DNA of 62,855 nt, the filler included, from Octopus bimaculoides (taxonomy: Eukaryota), in NCBI RefSeq assembly GCF_001194135.2. It is 4 parts of 4 records of this genome, joined end to end, with 100 filler letters (N's around TTAATTAATTAA, not from the genome) between each part and the next. Parts side by side here need not be neighbours in the genome. Positions count along the whole stretch, not along the records: positions 11,824 to 20,792 come from NW_026380964.1; positions 20,893 to 52,015 come from NC_068982.1; 2 more parts are not named here. One strand, written 5' to 3'. Shown here one piece after another: positions 12,630 through 24,315 of the stretch (position 1 is its first letter; each line of letters starts with the position of its first letter). Position numbers and translations under genes: made by a program. The notes beneath the pieces are model-generated. The model had not been told where the DNA came from. It saw only the letters and a program-made list of their open reading frames with translations, and ran no database searches.

Positions 12630-13327
12630 GTATGTTTCTGTTGTAATGTTCAAACTGATTGGCCAACTTGTACTTTAACCCTTTCATTACTATATTTCTG
12701 ACCAAAATAAGCCCCCTCATGAGTTTCAATTAAATTCTAGAATAACCATGAATTTAGATTAGTTTCATTAAACAACTGTAACTGTTTTACTTACTTATCA
12801 ACATATTAGTGATATTTGGAACACAATTGAAGAAAAGTTTCTTAATCGATTCTATTGAATAACTCTAATTACAAGTAAATACAGGTAAACTGAGCAAAAT
12901 ATAACAATATTTAAATTTTGTTTAAACATCACCATAGAAGATGAGTCATCAGCTAATATTCAATTACTCTTTTACTCTTTTACTTGTTTCAGTCATTTGA
13001 CTGCGGCCATGCTGGGGCACTGGGTATGCAACAAAATTTTAATATAGAAGAACTGTGCACAACACTAGATTATCAGTTGAATTTAATGCACAGAAGAACA
13101 GGTAAAATAAAATGAAATGCTGGAATTTGTTTTTGGAGAAAACTAGAAAATTAAATACATCAACTAAATGAAATATACTCACACACATACATGAATACAC
13201 AATAACATATAATAAAGATTTCCAAAAGAAATCAAATCAAAAGTAGTCACTCACCTTGCCAGCAAATTAAAATTACAGGTAAATTAAAACTACAGATAAA
13301 GAAAAAGTAAAAATGAAGTAAATCATA

Positions 13328-13689
13328 GGCGCAGGAGTGGCTGTGTGGTAAGTAGCTTGCTTACCAACCACATGGTTCCAGGTTCAGTCCCACTGCGTGG
13401 CACCTTGGGCAAGTGTCTTCTACCTTGGGCTGACCAAAGCCTTGTGAGTGGATTTGGTAGGCGGAAACTGAAAGAAGCCTGTCGTATATATGTATTTGTA
13501 TATATATATATGTGTGTGTGTGTATGTGTTTGTGTGTCTGTGTTTGTCCCCCCAACATCGCTTGACAACCGATGGTGGTGTGTTTACGCCCCCCGTAATT
13601 AGCGGTTCGGCAAAAGAGACCGATAGAATAAGTACTAGGCTTAGAAAGAATAAGTCCTGGGGTCAAATTACTGAAACATGTAAAAAGAG
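13328..13689 (+). mobile_element. SINE family A, near full-length
   Basis: Head GGCGCAGGAGTGGCTGTGTGGTAAGTAGC, B-box-like GGTTCAGTCCC, complete body, shortened tail. Confidence 0.9.
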
Positions 13690-13779
13690 TAATCAAATCA
13701 TATGTATATGTATATATATATATATATATACAATATTCACATAATATTTCTATCACGGAAACTTGTAAAATGTCCCACT

Positions 13780-14620
13780 CTATGTACTGCATTCTTGCAG
13801 ATTGCACATTGGAAAGAAGTCCTTTTGCAACTCCTGATTTTTAAAAATTTATGGAGATCAGCTGTACTCAGAGGGATATCTCTCTAGCAGGTTTTGCTTT
13901 TCCTTCCTGCAGTTATTTTTTTTGTTTTGAGGAATAACCTGCTCTTAACTGCGTTGCTACATCTGCTTGGAACTACAGATGGTCGCACCACTTGCAAGCC
14001 CCTCTTGGTTTGGTATATAATATAAATGCATTTACAATGCTCATGTTTACTATATCAAACCAGGTTTCATCACCATTTATTACCCGGTCTACCAACCGGA
14101 TAATAACTCCTCATTTTTTTCAGCCGATCCACAAATTATTGTCTGTTTTCCCAATATAAATGCTAAATCCACAGCAGTACCCAGTATTTGCTTCACAAAT
14201 TTTCCAAACTTTGATCCCCCACTTTGGTTCTCCATGTACTGAGGTACTGCTAGTGTGTCACACATGTAAATACTAGTTCAATTTCACAAATCGTATTCGT
14301 GATACAATACTGGAAACATACTGATTTCCAAAAGATTCCTGATTACTCCAGTAATTTGTAATCCTGGGTAATTGTCTTATACCCGTAATCATATGTGCGG
14401 CAAAAAATTCCCGTATCTCTTCTATGGTTGTGCGAAACTACATGCTATCTTTTTTTTGCAGTTTGTTTATATTATTCTGTGTATTGGTTTGTTTCTGCAG
14501 TGATGGCTTCAAACAAGCATACTGGAAAAAATAAGAAAACGAAGTCTAATGGTTTTGCTTCTTGAGAAAGACTATGGAGTAAAAAGTTTTAAAATATTTT
14601 TATTAAAAGTTTTTCTGAGG
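13780..14620 (-). pseudogene. Internally deleted piggyBac (PGBD-type) transposase remnant
   Basis: Minus-strand translation gives IREFFAAHMITGIRQLPRITNYWSNQ...SIVSRIRF, QYM..PKWGIKVWKICEANTGYCCGFSIYIGK and DIVNMSIVNAFIIY, which are DDE_Tnp_1_7-type motifs. Confidence 0.85.
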
Positions 14621-15290
14621 AGACAATTTTTAATAAAAATATTTTAAAACTTTTTACTCCATTCAGGTGTAAAATTATCCTCGCTGTCACTATCGCCACT
14701 TCCAGGTTCTTAAAGAAATTGCTGCATTCAGTTTCAGATACAAAAATATCTGATTCATTCTCGCACACCATGTGCTTTTGTACTTCATTCTTTTTCTTGA
14801 TATCTCCATATTTTCTGTTGAAAAACCCTCAAATTCAGAATCACTGCTTTATAGCATGAAACTCCTATCCATTTTCAAAGTTGAAAAATATCGATGCAGG
14901 AAAAATGTGGAAAAAAAATCTCCCCAAATTCACTGAGTTCAGATATCATGTCAATGTTGGATACTATAACTCAGCTATTTCCAAAGTGAAATCACATGTT
15001 TTCACGAATGTACTAACAAGATTTGTGTTCAAATTCACATTTAAATAACAATGGGTACTGCCCTCTTGATTGTTTGCATCTGATTACATACTCTGTTCTC
15101 ACTTACTTCCTTGTAGAACCTAGTTCTCACTTACTTCATTTGTAGAACCTATTTTTAAAATATTGTCTTTAATAAATATAATTATACCCTTTGTAGTCGT
15201 GAATTTAGTTCAGAAACATTTTTTTACTTGATCATATAAATTAAATAATTTCTCATACATAAATTACAATTTGATATTTTTACATTACAG

Positions 15291-17381
15291 AGTAAACGTC
15301 GTCGGTGCAATCAGGGGAAATCAAGAACACCAGAATTTACCAAATTAACCACTAAGAAGATAAATGTAAAATCTGAAGATCAACAAATTGTGTCAAAGAC
15401 AAAATCACACAAAGATCCTGGTAAAATTTCAGAATCTGTTTCAGCAGAACTAGTTACTCCAAGAACCCTTCGCAAAAAAGCATGTTTAATGATGAAAGAG
15501 ACATTTAATATGATAAAAAATGTTGAAAATGATGATAACACCAATAAATCTGAACATATATGTGAAGCAACTCGCTCAGAAGTGAAATGTAAAGAATTTG
15601 TCAAGGATACATTAATTCAAAAGACAAGAGCCTCTAATTTGGCTAATATAGATAGTCTTCAAACTAAAGAAAAACTATCAGAAAAGTTTACCTCAAGACG
15701 ATCAACACGTCAGTCAGCTAGATTTGCTTCAGTAGGCATTTCCACAGTTTTTAAAAATCCACTAAAGGTTCATATGCAAGAACCCATGGCTTCAATTGAT
15801 GATGTGAAAAATGTTGATGCAGTTCTAAATTCTGAAGCTGCACAAACAGAGAATGATGTATCAACTGAAGTGAAATCTAAGCAAGAAACAAATATCCTTT
15901 GTTTGGTGGAAAAATTTCAAGATTCAGACATTACTAAAGTTGATAATCTTCAAAGTGATCAAACCACACCTGAAGAGAAAGATAACAAAAATCAGTCAAC
16001 TCGAAAATCAGCTATAAAAGCTTTAGAAAGTATAAATAACTTCCTAAGAAGTCCAGGGAAAATGGGTACTAAACGGCAATGTCTAAACAGTACTCAAGTA
16101 GCACAAAATGATAGTAATGAGGCTGTACCAGAAAATAAAACTCAGGCTGTTGAAATGGAACTAAAACCAGATACAGAGACTATTCCTTCAGTTCAAAAAG
16201 TTCAAGATTCTGGGGAAACTGATATTAATAAACTCCAAATTGAAGATGATTCATCAAAAGAGATTGGCACTCCAAGACGGTTAACTCGAAAATCAGTTAT
16301 TAATGCTTCAGAAAATATTATCATCACTGCTAGTGTCCCTGTAATGAGCCCAAGAAAGACAAGGGCTACAATGAAGAGCTCGGTAAAGGCTCGTGTTTCT
16401 GTGTCCTCAGGTAAGGCTGGTGCTGCTTTGGAGAGTCCAGAGAAGGCTAGCATTCCCTTGAAGAGCCCAAAGAAGGCTAGTACTGACTTGAAGAGCCTGG
16501 GGAGAGCTAGTGCTCTAGTTAAAATCCCAGGAAAGAGTAGTACTCTCTTGAGCCTAGAAGAAGCTTGCAATCCTGTAGAGAGTCCACAAGAGGCTAATAT
16601 ACCTGTGGAGAGCCTGGAAGTAACCACTGCTCTTGTTGGGACTCTGGAAGCGATTACTGCTCTTGCTGGGAGTCCGGAAGCGACTACTGCTCCTGTGGAA
16701 AGTCCGGAAGCGACCGGTGCTCCTGTGGGGAGTCCAGAAACAACCGGTGCTCCTGTGGGGAATCCGGAAGCGACCAGTGCTCCTGTGGGGAGTCCGGAAG
16801 TGACCGATGCTCCTGTGGGGAATCCGGAAGTCACTGGTACTCCTGTGGAGAGTCTGGAAGCGACCGGTGCTCCTGTGGAGAGTCTGGAAGCGACCGGTGC
16901 TCCTGTGGAGAGTCTGGAAGCGACCGGTGCTCCTGTGGAGAGTCTGGAAGCGACCGGTGCTCCTGTGGAGAGTCTGGAAGCGACCGGTGCTCCTGTGGAG
17001 AGTCTGGAAGCGACCGGTGCTCCTGTGGAGAGTCTGGAAGTGACAGGTGTTCCTGTAGAGAGTCCGGAAGCGACCGGTGCTCCTGTGCAGAGTCTGGAAG
17101 TGACCGGTGCTTTTGTAGAGAACTCAGCAAGGGCTAATACAAAATTGTCTAAAGTTATTGAACCTTTCAGTAATAAAAAATGTGTTTCAGTTTTAGATTC
17201 TGAAGAAATAAAAAATTCAGGTCTTGGGAAATCAACAGAAAATGCTAATCAGTTTATGTCGCAGTCAGCAGGAGAGGAAAACAATACATCTGCGCAATCA
17301 ATCAGTAAAGCAGATATTAGTAAACCGGAGAATAGAGAAGATACTGGAAATAAAATGGTCCAAGAATCTGCTCTTGAAACT
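15291..17381 (+). CDS. Large internal exon of an unidentified host gene encoding a S/T/E/K-rich disordered region with a 10-aa tandem repeat
   Basis: Acceptor TTTTTACATTACAG at 15290, phase 0 (SKRRRCNQGK...). The frame is open for 2160 nt to TAG at 17451 in AT-rich DNA. Candidate phase-0 donor ACT|GTGAGT at 17382. Several S/T-P-x-K/R motifs (TPRR, SPRK, SPGK, SPEK, SPKK). No recognisable domain. Confidence 0.8.
16421..17140 (+). repeat. 30-bp coding minisatellite (roughly 24 units) encoding PVESLEATGA-like decapeptides
   Basis: Six identical units TCCTGTGGAGAGTCTGGAAGCGACCGGTGC at 16841-17020, flanked by more diverged units. Confidence 0.95.
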
Positions 17382-17690
17382 GTGAGTAAACCAGATCTTA
17401 CTTTTGAAATAACACAGAAAAATAATTTAAGTAGTGTTGAAGCAGAAAACTAGTAAAAGCTAAGATGGAAATATTAGTTTAGTAAATAACTTGCATGTAT
17501 ATTTACCTAATGCTAACAAATATGAATCTTAACCAGGTCAGTCAAATTTCAATGGAAGATATTGGCACTCCATTGAACAAGACTATATCCACTCTCTCTG
17601 AGGCGAAAGAAACGTTAAGAATATCTTAAATAATATCAAAAATTGACACAAATAATAAATTTTTATTGGAGCAGGATTTCAATTCTGCAG

Positions 17691-17792
17691 AACTGTAAGT
17701 TAATCATGGTTTTCCTGGAAAGGAAACTATTGATAATGGAAGCTATTGATAAAATTATATCACAAGTTAGTACAAAATGTAAAGAGTATGAA
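17691..17792 (+). CDS. Candidate 102-nt phase 0-0 exon NCKLIMVFLERKLLIMEAIDKIISQVSTKCKEYE
   Basis: Acceptor TTCAATTCTGCAG at 17690, donor GAA|GTAAGC at 17793, same frame as the large exon. Confidence 0.5.
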
Positions 17793-18589
17793 GTAAGCAT
17801 TGCTTCTATTACATTTTACTAAATTCACATAAGCTCGATTTTTATTGTCATTTATTCATTAAATTAAAGAAAAATGTTTCGTAAAGTTTTCTTTTCTTAA
17901 TAAACTTGTTTTTGTAGTGGGATGCCCTTAGTTGATCATGAAGTAGGAATATACTTTTTCATTAACCAAGTAATTGGGGACACAATATTTTGCCTTTATA
18001 CTTTCAACTCAAGTTTTTAGTTTCCTTCTCTAATTGGTAACATAGACTTATTTGAAATAAGAACACCTACAGCATGTTTACAAATAAATCGACCCACTCA
18101 CTTAATCATTAATCTTATTTATTTACCGATCATGTTAGAGACATACTGACACTTATTGCTCTTGACTGTGTTTGATAAAGGGTCTGATAAATAACATTCA
18201 TCAGTATAAAAATTCATTAAGGAAATTAAATCTCTCTATGTACTGATGGTTTAAGCAGTTTATTACCTGTGACAAATTTGTATACACTTATGCTAATTTT
18301 CTGTATCTAATTTTATTACTTAACACATTTGCCTTTGTTCTCAATCTAACTTTATTACATAACACATTTGTCATAATGTATTGAGTTCAAATCCTGCTGA
18401 GCTCATCTTTGCCATTGATCCTTCCAGGTTTGATATATTATTGTACCACTTGAGTACAAGGGTTGATTAAGAGACTAACTCCCTCACCCAAAATTTCTGG
18501 CCTTTCTGTTTTCCTGCCACATCTCAGATGGACTGAAAAATTTTTTTTATAAGTATTTAACTTCCCAAAGTTATATAATACATATTTGT

Positions 18590-19395
18590 GTAAGGACTTT
18601 TGAGAGAGATCGTTGCCAGTGCCCCTGGACTGGCTCTTGTGCGGGTGGCACATAAAATACACCATTTTGAGCGTGGCCGTTGCCAGTACCGCCTGATTGG
18701 CCTTCGTGCCGGTGGCACGTAAAAGCATCCACTACACTCTCTGAGTAGTTGGTGTTAGGAAGGGTATCCAGCTGTAGAAACTCTGCCAATTGGAAATATG
18801 CTGTGCGTGAGAAGACCCGGCACGCCAAGTGAGACCTAAATCTAAGGCCTCAGCCAGTCCACTTATGCGTACCTTCCTTCATTGGACACTAAACTCCACT
18901 TGTGAAGACCTTTTGAGGCAAGTGAAATCGAAATTGAGTTAATTCGACGACTGGCACCCATGCCAACGTCGTCTCCTTCATTGGACATGAAACTCAGCTT
19001 GCGAAGACTTATTGGGGCAAGCAAAAGCGAAATCGTGATGGCACCTGTGCCCAGCGTCGCCTTTCTGGCACTTGTGCCCGTGGCATGTGTAAAGACTTTC
19101 GAGCGAGATCATTGCCAGTGCCTCTGGACTGGCTGTTGTGCGGGTGGCACATAAAATATACCATTTTGAGCGTGGCCATTGCCAGTACTGCCTGACTGGT
19201 CTTCGTGCCGGTGGCACGTAAAAGCACCCACTACACTCTCAGTGGTTGGCGTTAGGAAGGGCATCCAGCTGTAGAAACTCTGCCAAATCAGATTGGAGCC
19301 TGGTGTAGCCATCTGGTTTCACCAGTCCTCATTCAAATCGGCCAACCCATGCTAGCATGGAAAGCGGACGTTAAACGACGATGATGATGATGTGT
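18590..19395 (+). mobile_element. Composite SINE-like element(s) with a duplicated ~190-bp module and an RTE-type (GAT)n tail
   Basis: 18600-18790 and 19085-19290 are direct copies (GAGATC.TTGCCAGTGCC...GGTGGCACGTAAAAGCA...AGGAAGGG.ATCCAGCTGTAGAAACTCTGCCAA). The 3' end is GCATGGAAAGCGGACGTTAAACGACGATGATGATGA. Confidence 0.8.
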
Positions 19396-20268
19396 GTGTG
19401 TGTGTGAAAAGATTGTTTTCTAGCCATGTAGTCTTGGGTTTAGTCAAATTGCTTGGCACCTTAGGTGTCTTCTCCTACAGCCCTAGGCCTTTTGAGTGGA
19501 TTTAGGAAATGGAAACTGTAAAAAGCCTGTTGTGGTGTGTGTGTGTACCTTGACTTGACATCATAATGCTTGTAAACAAACATCACTGTCATACAAATGA
19601 TGTTCATTTCTATTCTTTTAAGAAAAACACGTTGAAATATTACTTAGCTTGGTAATAGGGAGGCCATCCAGCCATAGAGAATTTACTTTAACAAATTCTG
19701 TCTGACATGGAATTTATCTGGTATGGAAGAGTGGATATTAAATAATGATAAGACTATTTACATTCAGAGGTGAAACGTATGATTATGTGAGAGTGACAAG
19801 GAGGAAACTCTGAGACACTGTCTTCACAAAAGCTGCTTTATAATTCTTTTATATATATACCTTATAATGTAGAAGCAAAATGGTCAAATTCACTTGGTAT
19901 TGAATACTTATATATTTGAAATTAAATCTTTTATAGAGGTTTTTGTTTATTTTTCACTGTACAATTTTAAGACTCACTTTGCATATTTGTGTGGTAGATC
20001 TTCTGGCAATGTTTGCTGTAAAAGTTAAGTATTAATTTTAGAAAATGAAAAGATTTATGATTAGCTTAATAACAAGTAACTGGAATTCATTCCCCACTCC
20101 CCATTGTTAGTGATGGTAGTAGAGATATATGCATTAAATTTGGGAATCCTGTTTTTCACCAGATTTTCAAACAAATGAATTAGCGCAGAAATATTAAAAT
20201 TATTTTAATAAAAAAACTACGATAACAATTATGTAATTTCTGTTTTGTTTTTTTTTCATTTCTTAAAG

Positions 20269-20329
20269 ATGCAATTGAATTTGAAGCCTTTACAAACAGT
20301 AAGTTTTGGGAATGCAGATGAATCTAAAG
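20269..20329 (+). CDS. Candidate 61-nt exon MQLNLKPLQTVSFGNADESK(G); alternative donor at 20299
   Basis: Strong polypyrimidine acceptor TTTTTTTTTTCATTTCTTAAAG, donor AAG|GTAAGA; phase-compatible with the preceding candidate exon. Confidence 0.55.
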
Positions 20330-21004
20330 GTAAGAAATGCCTTACTTTAAGGATTAACCTTTATATTGAACTAGCAGAGATACCTGGCATTGCCTGTGTT
20401 AAATGCAATTGAAGAATGAGACTTTTCTGTTATATTTTCTGTAAGGAACTGGAATACATATGATTCGAATTTCATCAAAATTGCACATGAGGGTTCTTCC
20501 CCTCTTTACACACCCTAAAAAAATTCTAATCATGAGACATGTATCCCATACTATTGATCTTTATGCGCATATTCCAAAATTTCATTCTTCTGGAAGGTCT
20601 AAAAAGGATTTTACTCCTGAAAAATGGAGCTCATGGAGCTCTAAAATGTGGGAATGAAGGCCCCTATTGGGGGTGGGCATGTTAATGTCAACCAGAGAAG
20701 TTGAATTGTTTCATATATTTCCTATTTCTTTGAAATAGGAAATATATGTATTGTTTGAATTTCTTTGAAATAGGAAATATATGTATGTTCACNNNNNNNN
20801 NNNNNNNNNNNNNNNNNNNNNNNNNNNNNNNNNNNNTTAATTAATTAANNNNNNNNNNNNNNNNNNNNNNNNNNNNNNNNNNNNNNNNNNNNAAGTTTAT
20901 TATGTTCAACAATCCACAGGACGAAATATTAACTGTCTAAAAGCGGATGAACTCAAGTAGAATCAGCAACCGTACAACAGCTGTAAGTGAAAGACTCCTG
21001 ATGT

Positions 21005-21222
21005 TTGTAGATACACAGAGGGGACAAACAAGGACAGCAAACAAACGGATTAAGTCGATTAGATCGACCCCAGTGCGTAACTGGTACTTTATTTATCGAC
21101 CCCGAAAGGATGAAAGGCTAAGTCGACCTCGGCGAAATTTGAACTCAGAACGTAACGGCAGACGAAATACCGCTAAGCATGTCGCCCGGCGTGCTAACGT
21201 TTCTGCCAGCTCATCGCCGTAA
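21005..21222 (-). mobile_element. SINE family B (GAGGGGACAAACAAGGACAG tail variant)
   Basis: Reverse complement of the family B head and body. Confidence 0.88.
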
Positions 21223-21836
21223 GAGACGCCCATTCTTGCAACATCTGAAAAAAAGCGGGAGTCCTAAGCAGTCTACCTTTTATTCTTTTTGGGCCGATAA
21301 ATAAACTCGATTCTTCTCTCTCTCCTTCACTTTCTCTCTTTCTCTTTCTCTCTCTCCCTTCTCTCTCTCTCTCTTCCTCTTTCTTTTCCTGGAAAAAATC
21401 GGTTACATAGGGTGTTTTCAATGCGCAAGTCACACCGTTTGTCACAACGAGGCACCTATGATTTAGGAGATGAGGGTGGCAGGTATGAATGATATATGAT
21501 CGTTCAAATTCGATGAAAATTTTCACTCAATTGCTCCGTTCGTTATTGTAGGAAGACCGATACTCTGTCTAATATTTTATCATTTACTTGTTATAATAGC
21601 AGTCATGCTGGAGCATTGCCTTGAAGAGTGTAGTCGAACATATTCAAAACCCAGTACTTATAAATATTTTAAAAACCTGACAGTTATTCTTGTTCGCTGA
21701 CCCGCTAATTAATAGGGACCTAAACAAACAAACACCGATTTAATGTGGCGAGGGTTGACAAAGAATGAGTCAAAGACACATAAATACACGCACACAGACA
21801 TATATATATACGCACACACACACATGCATATATTCG

Positions 21837-21990
21837 TAGAGGCTTGTGGCCTAGTGGTTTGGGTGTGGGATGCTGATCGTAAGATTTTGGTTTCAATTAC
21901 CGGAGCGGGCGCCACGTTGTGCTCTTGAGCTAAACATTTCCTTTCACGTTCAGTCATCCTGCGACGTCCCGTTCAGGCATTCAATATATA
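21837..21990 (+). mobile_element. SINE family C, degenerate
   Basis: GAGGCTTGTGGCCTAGTGGTT...GATCGTAAGATTTTGGTTTCAATTACCGGAGCGGG...CTCTTGAGC; homologous to 37336-37582. Confidence 0.7.
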
Positions 21991-22083
21991 CAACATGGAC
22001 ACCGACTCTTATGAGTCCATAAGTCTCAAGAAGGATGCTTATACATACGTATGTGTGTTTGTTTGTGTGTGTCTATACATACG

Positions 22084-22135
<52 letters not shown>

Positions 22136-22599
22136 TGTGTGTGTAGATAGCTAGATAGATAGATAGATAGATAGATAGATGAGTGCATGTATATATTGGA
22201 CGGACTTAGTCACAGCTTTCGTTTACCAAATTCCCTCACAAGCATTGTTCGACCCTCGGCTATAGTGTGCTTCCCAGTGGTACTAAACTCTAAGCCATGC
22301 TGTTGCCAATCATTCCCTTAACCACAAAGCTATGTCAGCGCTAGCGTAACTTTCTTATTTAGCTCGATCTACGTTCAATAAACATAGTCTTTTTTTTTAG
22401 CTTATTTTAGCCACCGTAGTTGATGTGCTGCTTACAGTAGCACTGCCGACCATACAGCCATCTTCTATATGTGTGTCTCACATTTTCTTTCACTTATTTT
22501 TCTTAGTTTTCTTTCTTTCTTTATTTTTTTTTGCTTACATTCTTTCTCCATCTCACATTCTCACACGTCAGCTTCATCTAATTTTCTAGTCGTTAGGTT

Positions 22600-22760
22600 T
22601 GTTAGAAAAGAAAAACGAAAAAAACTAAAATGTGTTTAATTTGCATTCATCGAAGATGAAAGCCGATACGTATGTTATCTCTGTGATGATTGACTATTTT
22701 TAGAACGCTACTGTATATTTAATTTCTTCCAATTTCGGCAGAAGTTTCTTTTTATACTAA
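22600..22760 (+). mobile_element. Possible piggyBac C-terminal Cys-rich domain remnant
   Basis: Degenerate reading KKTKMCLICIH...DTYVICDD resembles the piggyBac cysteine-rich domain spacing. Confidence 0.3.
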
Positions 22761-23910
22761 AGGGTGTTCATAAACGTAAATTTTGAAGTAAATGAAAACT
22801 AAAGATTATTATGGTTAGAAGATTGTAGATTCCAGGAAAATATAAGAACAAATGCAAAAGAAATTTATAGAATTCCTTTNNNNNNNNNNNNNNNNNNNNN
22901 NNNNNNNNNNNNNNNNNNNNNNNNNNNNNNNNNNNNNNNNNNNNNNNNNNNNNNNNNNNNNNNNNNNNNNNNNNNNNNNNNNNNNNNNNNNNNNNNNNNN
23001 NNNNNNNNNNNNNNNNNNNNNNNNNNNNNNNNNNNNNNNNNNNNNNNNNNNNNNNNNNNNNNNNNNNNNNNNNNNNNNNNNNNNNNNNNNNNNNNNNNNN
23101 NNNNNNNNNNNNNNNNNNNNNNNNNNNNNNNNNNNNNNNNNNNNNNNNNNNNNNNNNNNGAGAAAAAATTCTTGCAGTTAGAGAAATGAATTAACTTGAG
23201 AGATTCAGTTTCAAAGTAAATTTTCTGATGTAACATTATATATAACCTCACCATTCACATTACTTCAACAAATTACCATCATGCCAATACAACACAATAT
23301 TTTTTTTCTCATGTTAGTTAAATATGAATAGTGAAACTACCACGAGAATAAACTCAAGCTGTTCAAAATATCATACAACCGATGTTTCATTTTGTTTGCG
23401 TGCATCAAGATTTTTTTTCTTACAGACTAAAAAAGAACTGTATACTTTGAATATCAACTCTTTGATATTTTATGTTCAGTACAAACCATTATCTCAAAGG
23501 GTATAATGAAGTCATTGAAGGTGGACTTATATATATGATATATTACGTGTTTAACAATGAAATGTCAGTGCATATGCTCCAACGGATTAGTTATTGAAGA
23601 TACAGTTTCCTTGCTGATATGATTTAAATATTTAATTTCGTAGCTAATGTATGTAACATCAAGTTGTTCATATTTGTTTCTCTTTTTTATTGGTTTGCTC
23701 AGGAAGAAGAGGTTATGTCCATAGCATACTCGGCTTCTCTGCAGCAAAAGTTTGGATTTGTAATTAACAAATGTCGGCCAACAGAATATCTAACGATATA
23801 CATTCACGATCGAGTGTACTAGAATATGTTATAAAGATGAATTATCTCATCCACATTCACCACCTCCACTATCTCCTAAAATTATTTGAATTTGATTAAA
23901 TTATTTTATT

Positions 23911-24072
23911 GTGGCTCTGTGGTACGTAGCTTGCTTACAAACCACATGGTTCCGGGTTCAGTCCCACTGCGTGGCATTTTGGGCAAGTGTCTTCCACTCT
24001 AGCCTCGGGTGGACCAAAACCTTGTAAGTGGATTTGATTGACGGAAACTGAAAGAAGCCTGTCGTATATATG

Positions 24073-24105
<33 letters not shown>

Positions 24106-24315
24106 TTGTGTGTCTACGTTTGTCCCCCAACATCGCTTGACAACCGATGCTGGTGTGTGTACGTCCCCGTAACCTAGCGGTTCGGCAATAGACACCGATA
24201 GAATAAGTACTAAGCTTACAAAGAATAAGTCCTGGGGTTGATTTGCTCGACTAAAAAGGCGGTGCTCCAGCATGGCCACAGTCAACTGACTGAAACAAGT
24301 AAAAGAGTAAAAGAG
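23911..24315 (+). mobile_element. SINE family A, near full-length
   Basis: Complete body and tail GAAACAAGTAAAAGAGTAAAAGAG. Confidence 0.9.

Noticed and set aside
13323-13807. Recurring 60-150 aa ORFs such as RQASFSFRLPNPLTRLW or DPSAPVRNWYLIYRPRKDERQSRPRRNLNS
   Set aside because: Translations of SINE families A and B; the similarity between them reflects repeat copy, not a protein family.
14055-14085. NGDETW mariner-like motif inside the piggyBac remnant
   Set aside because: It sits at an apparent deletion junction and is flanked by piggyBac motifs; too short to claim a chimeric transposase.
16202-17130. Antisense and alternative-frame ORFs overlapping the large exon
   Set aside because: A by-product of the stop-free 30-bp repeat; no independent start or splice context.
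18870-19045. Two ~75-bp stem-loop repeats in the composite SINE, examined as HDV, twister or hammerhead ribozymes
   Set aside because: Hairpins such as CACTTG/CAAGTG and CTTGC/GCAAG exist, but the conserved catalytic cores could not be placed.
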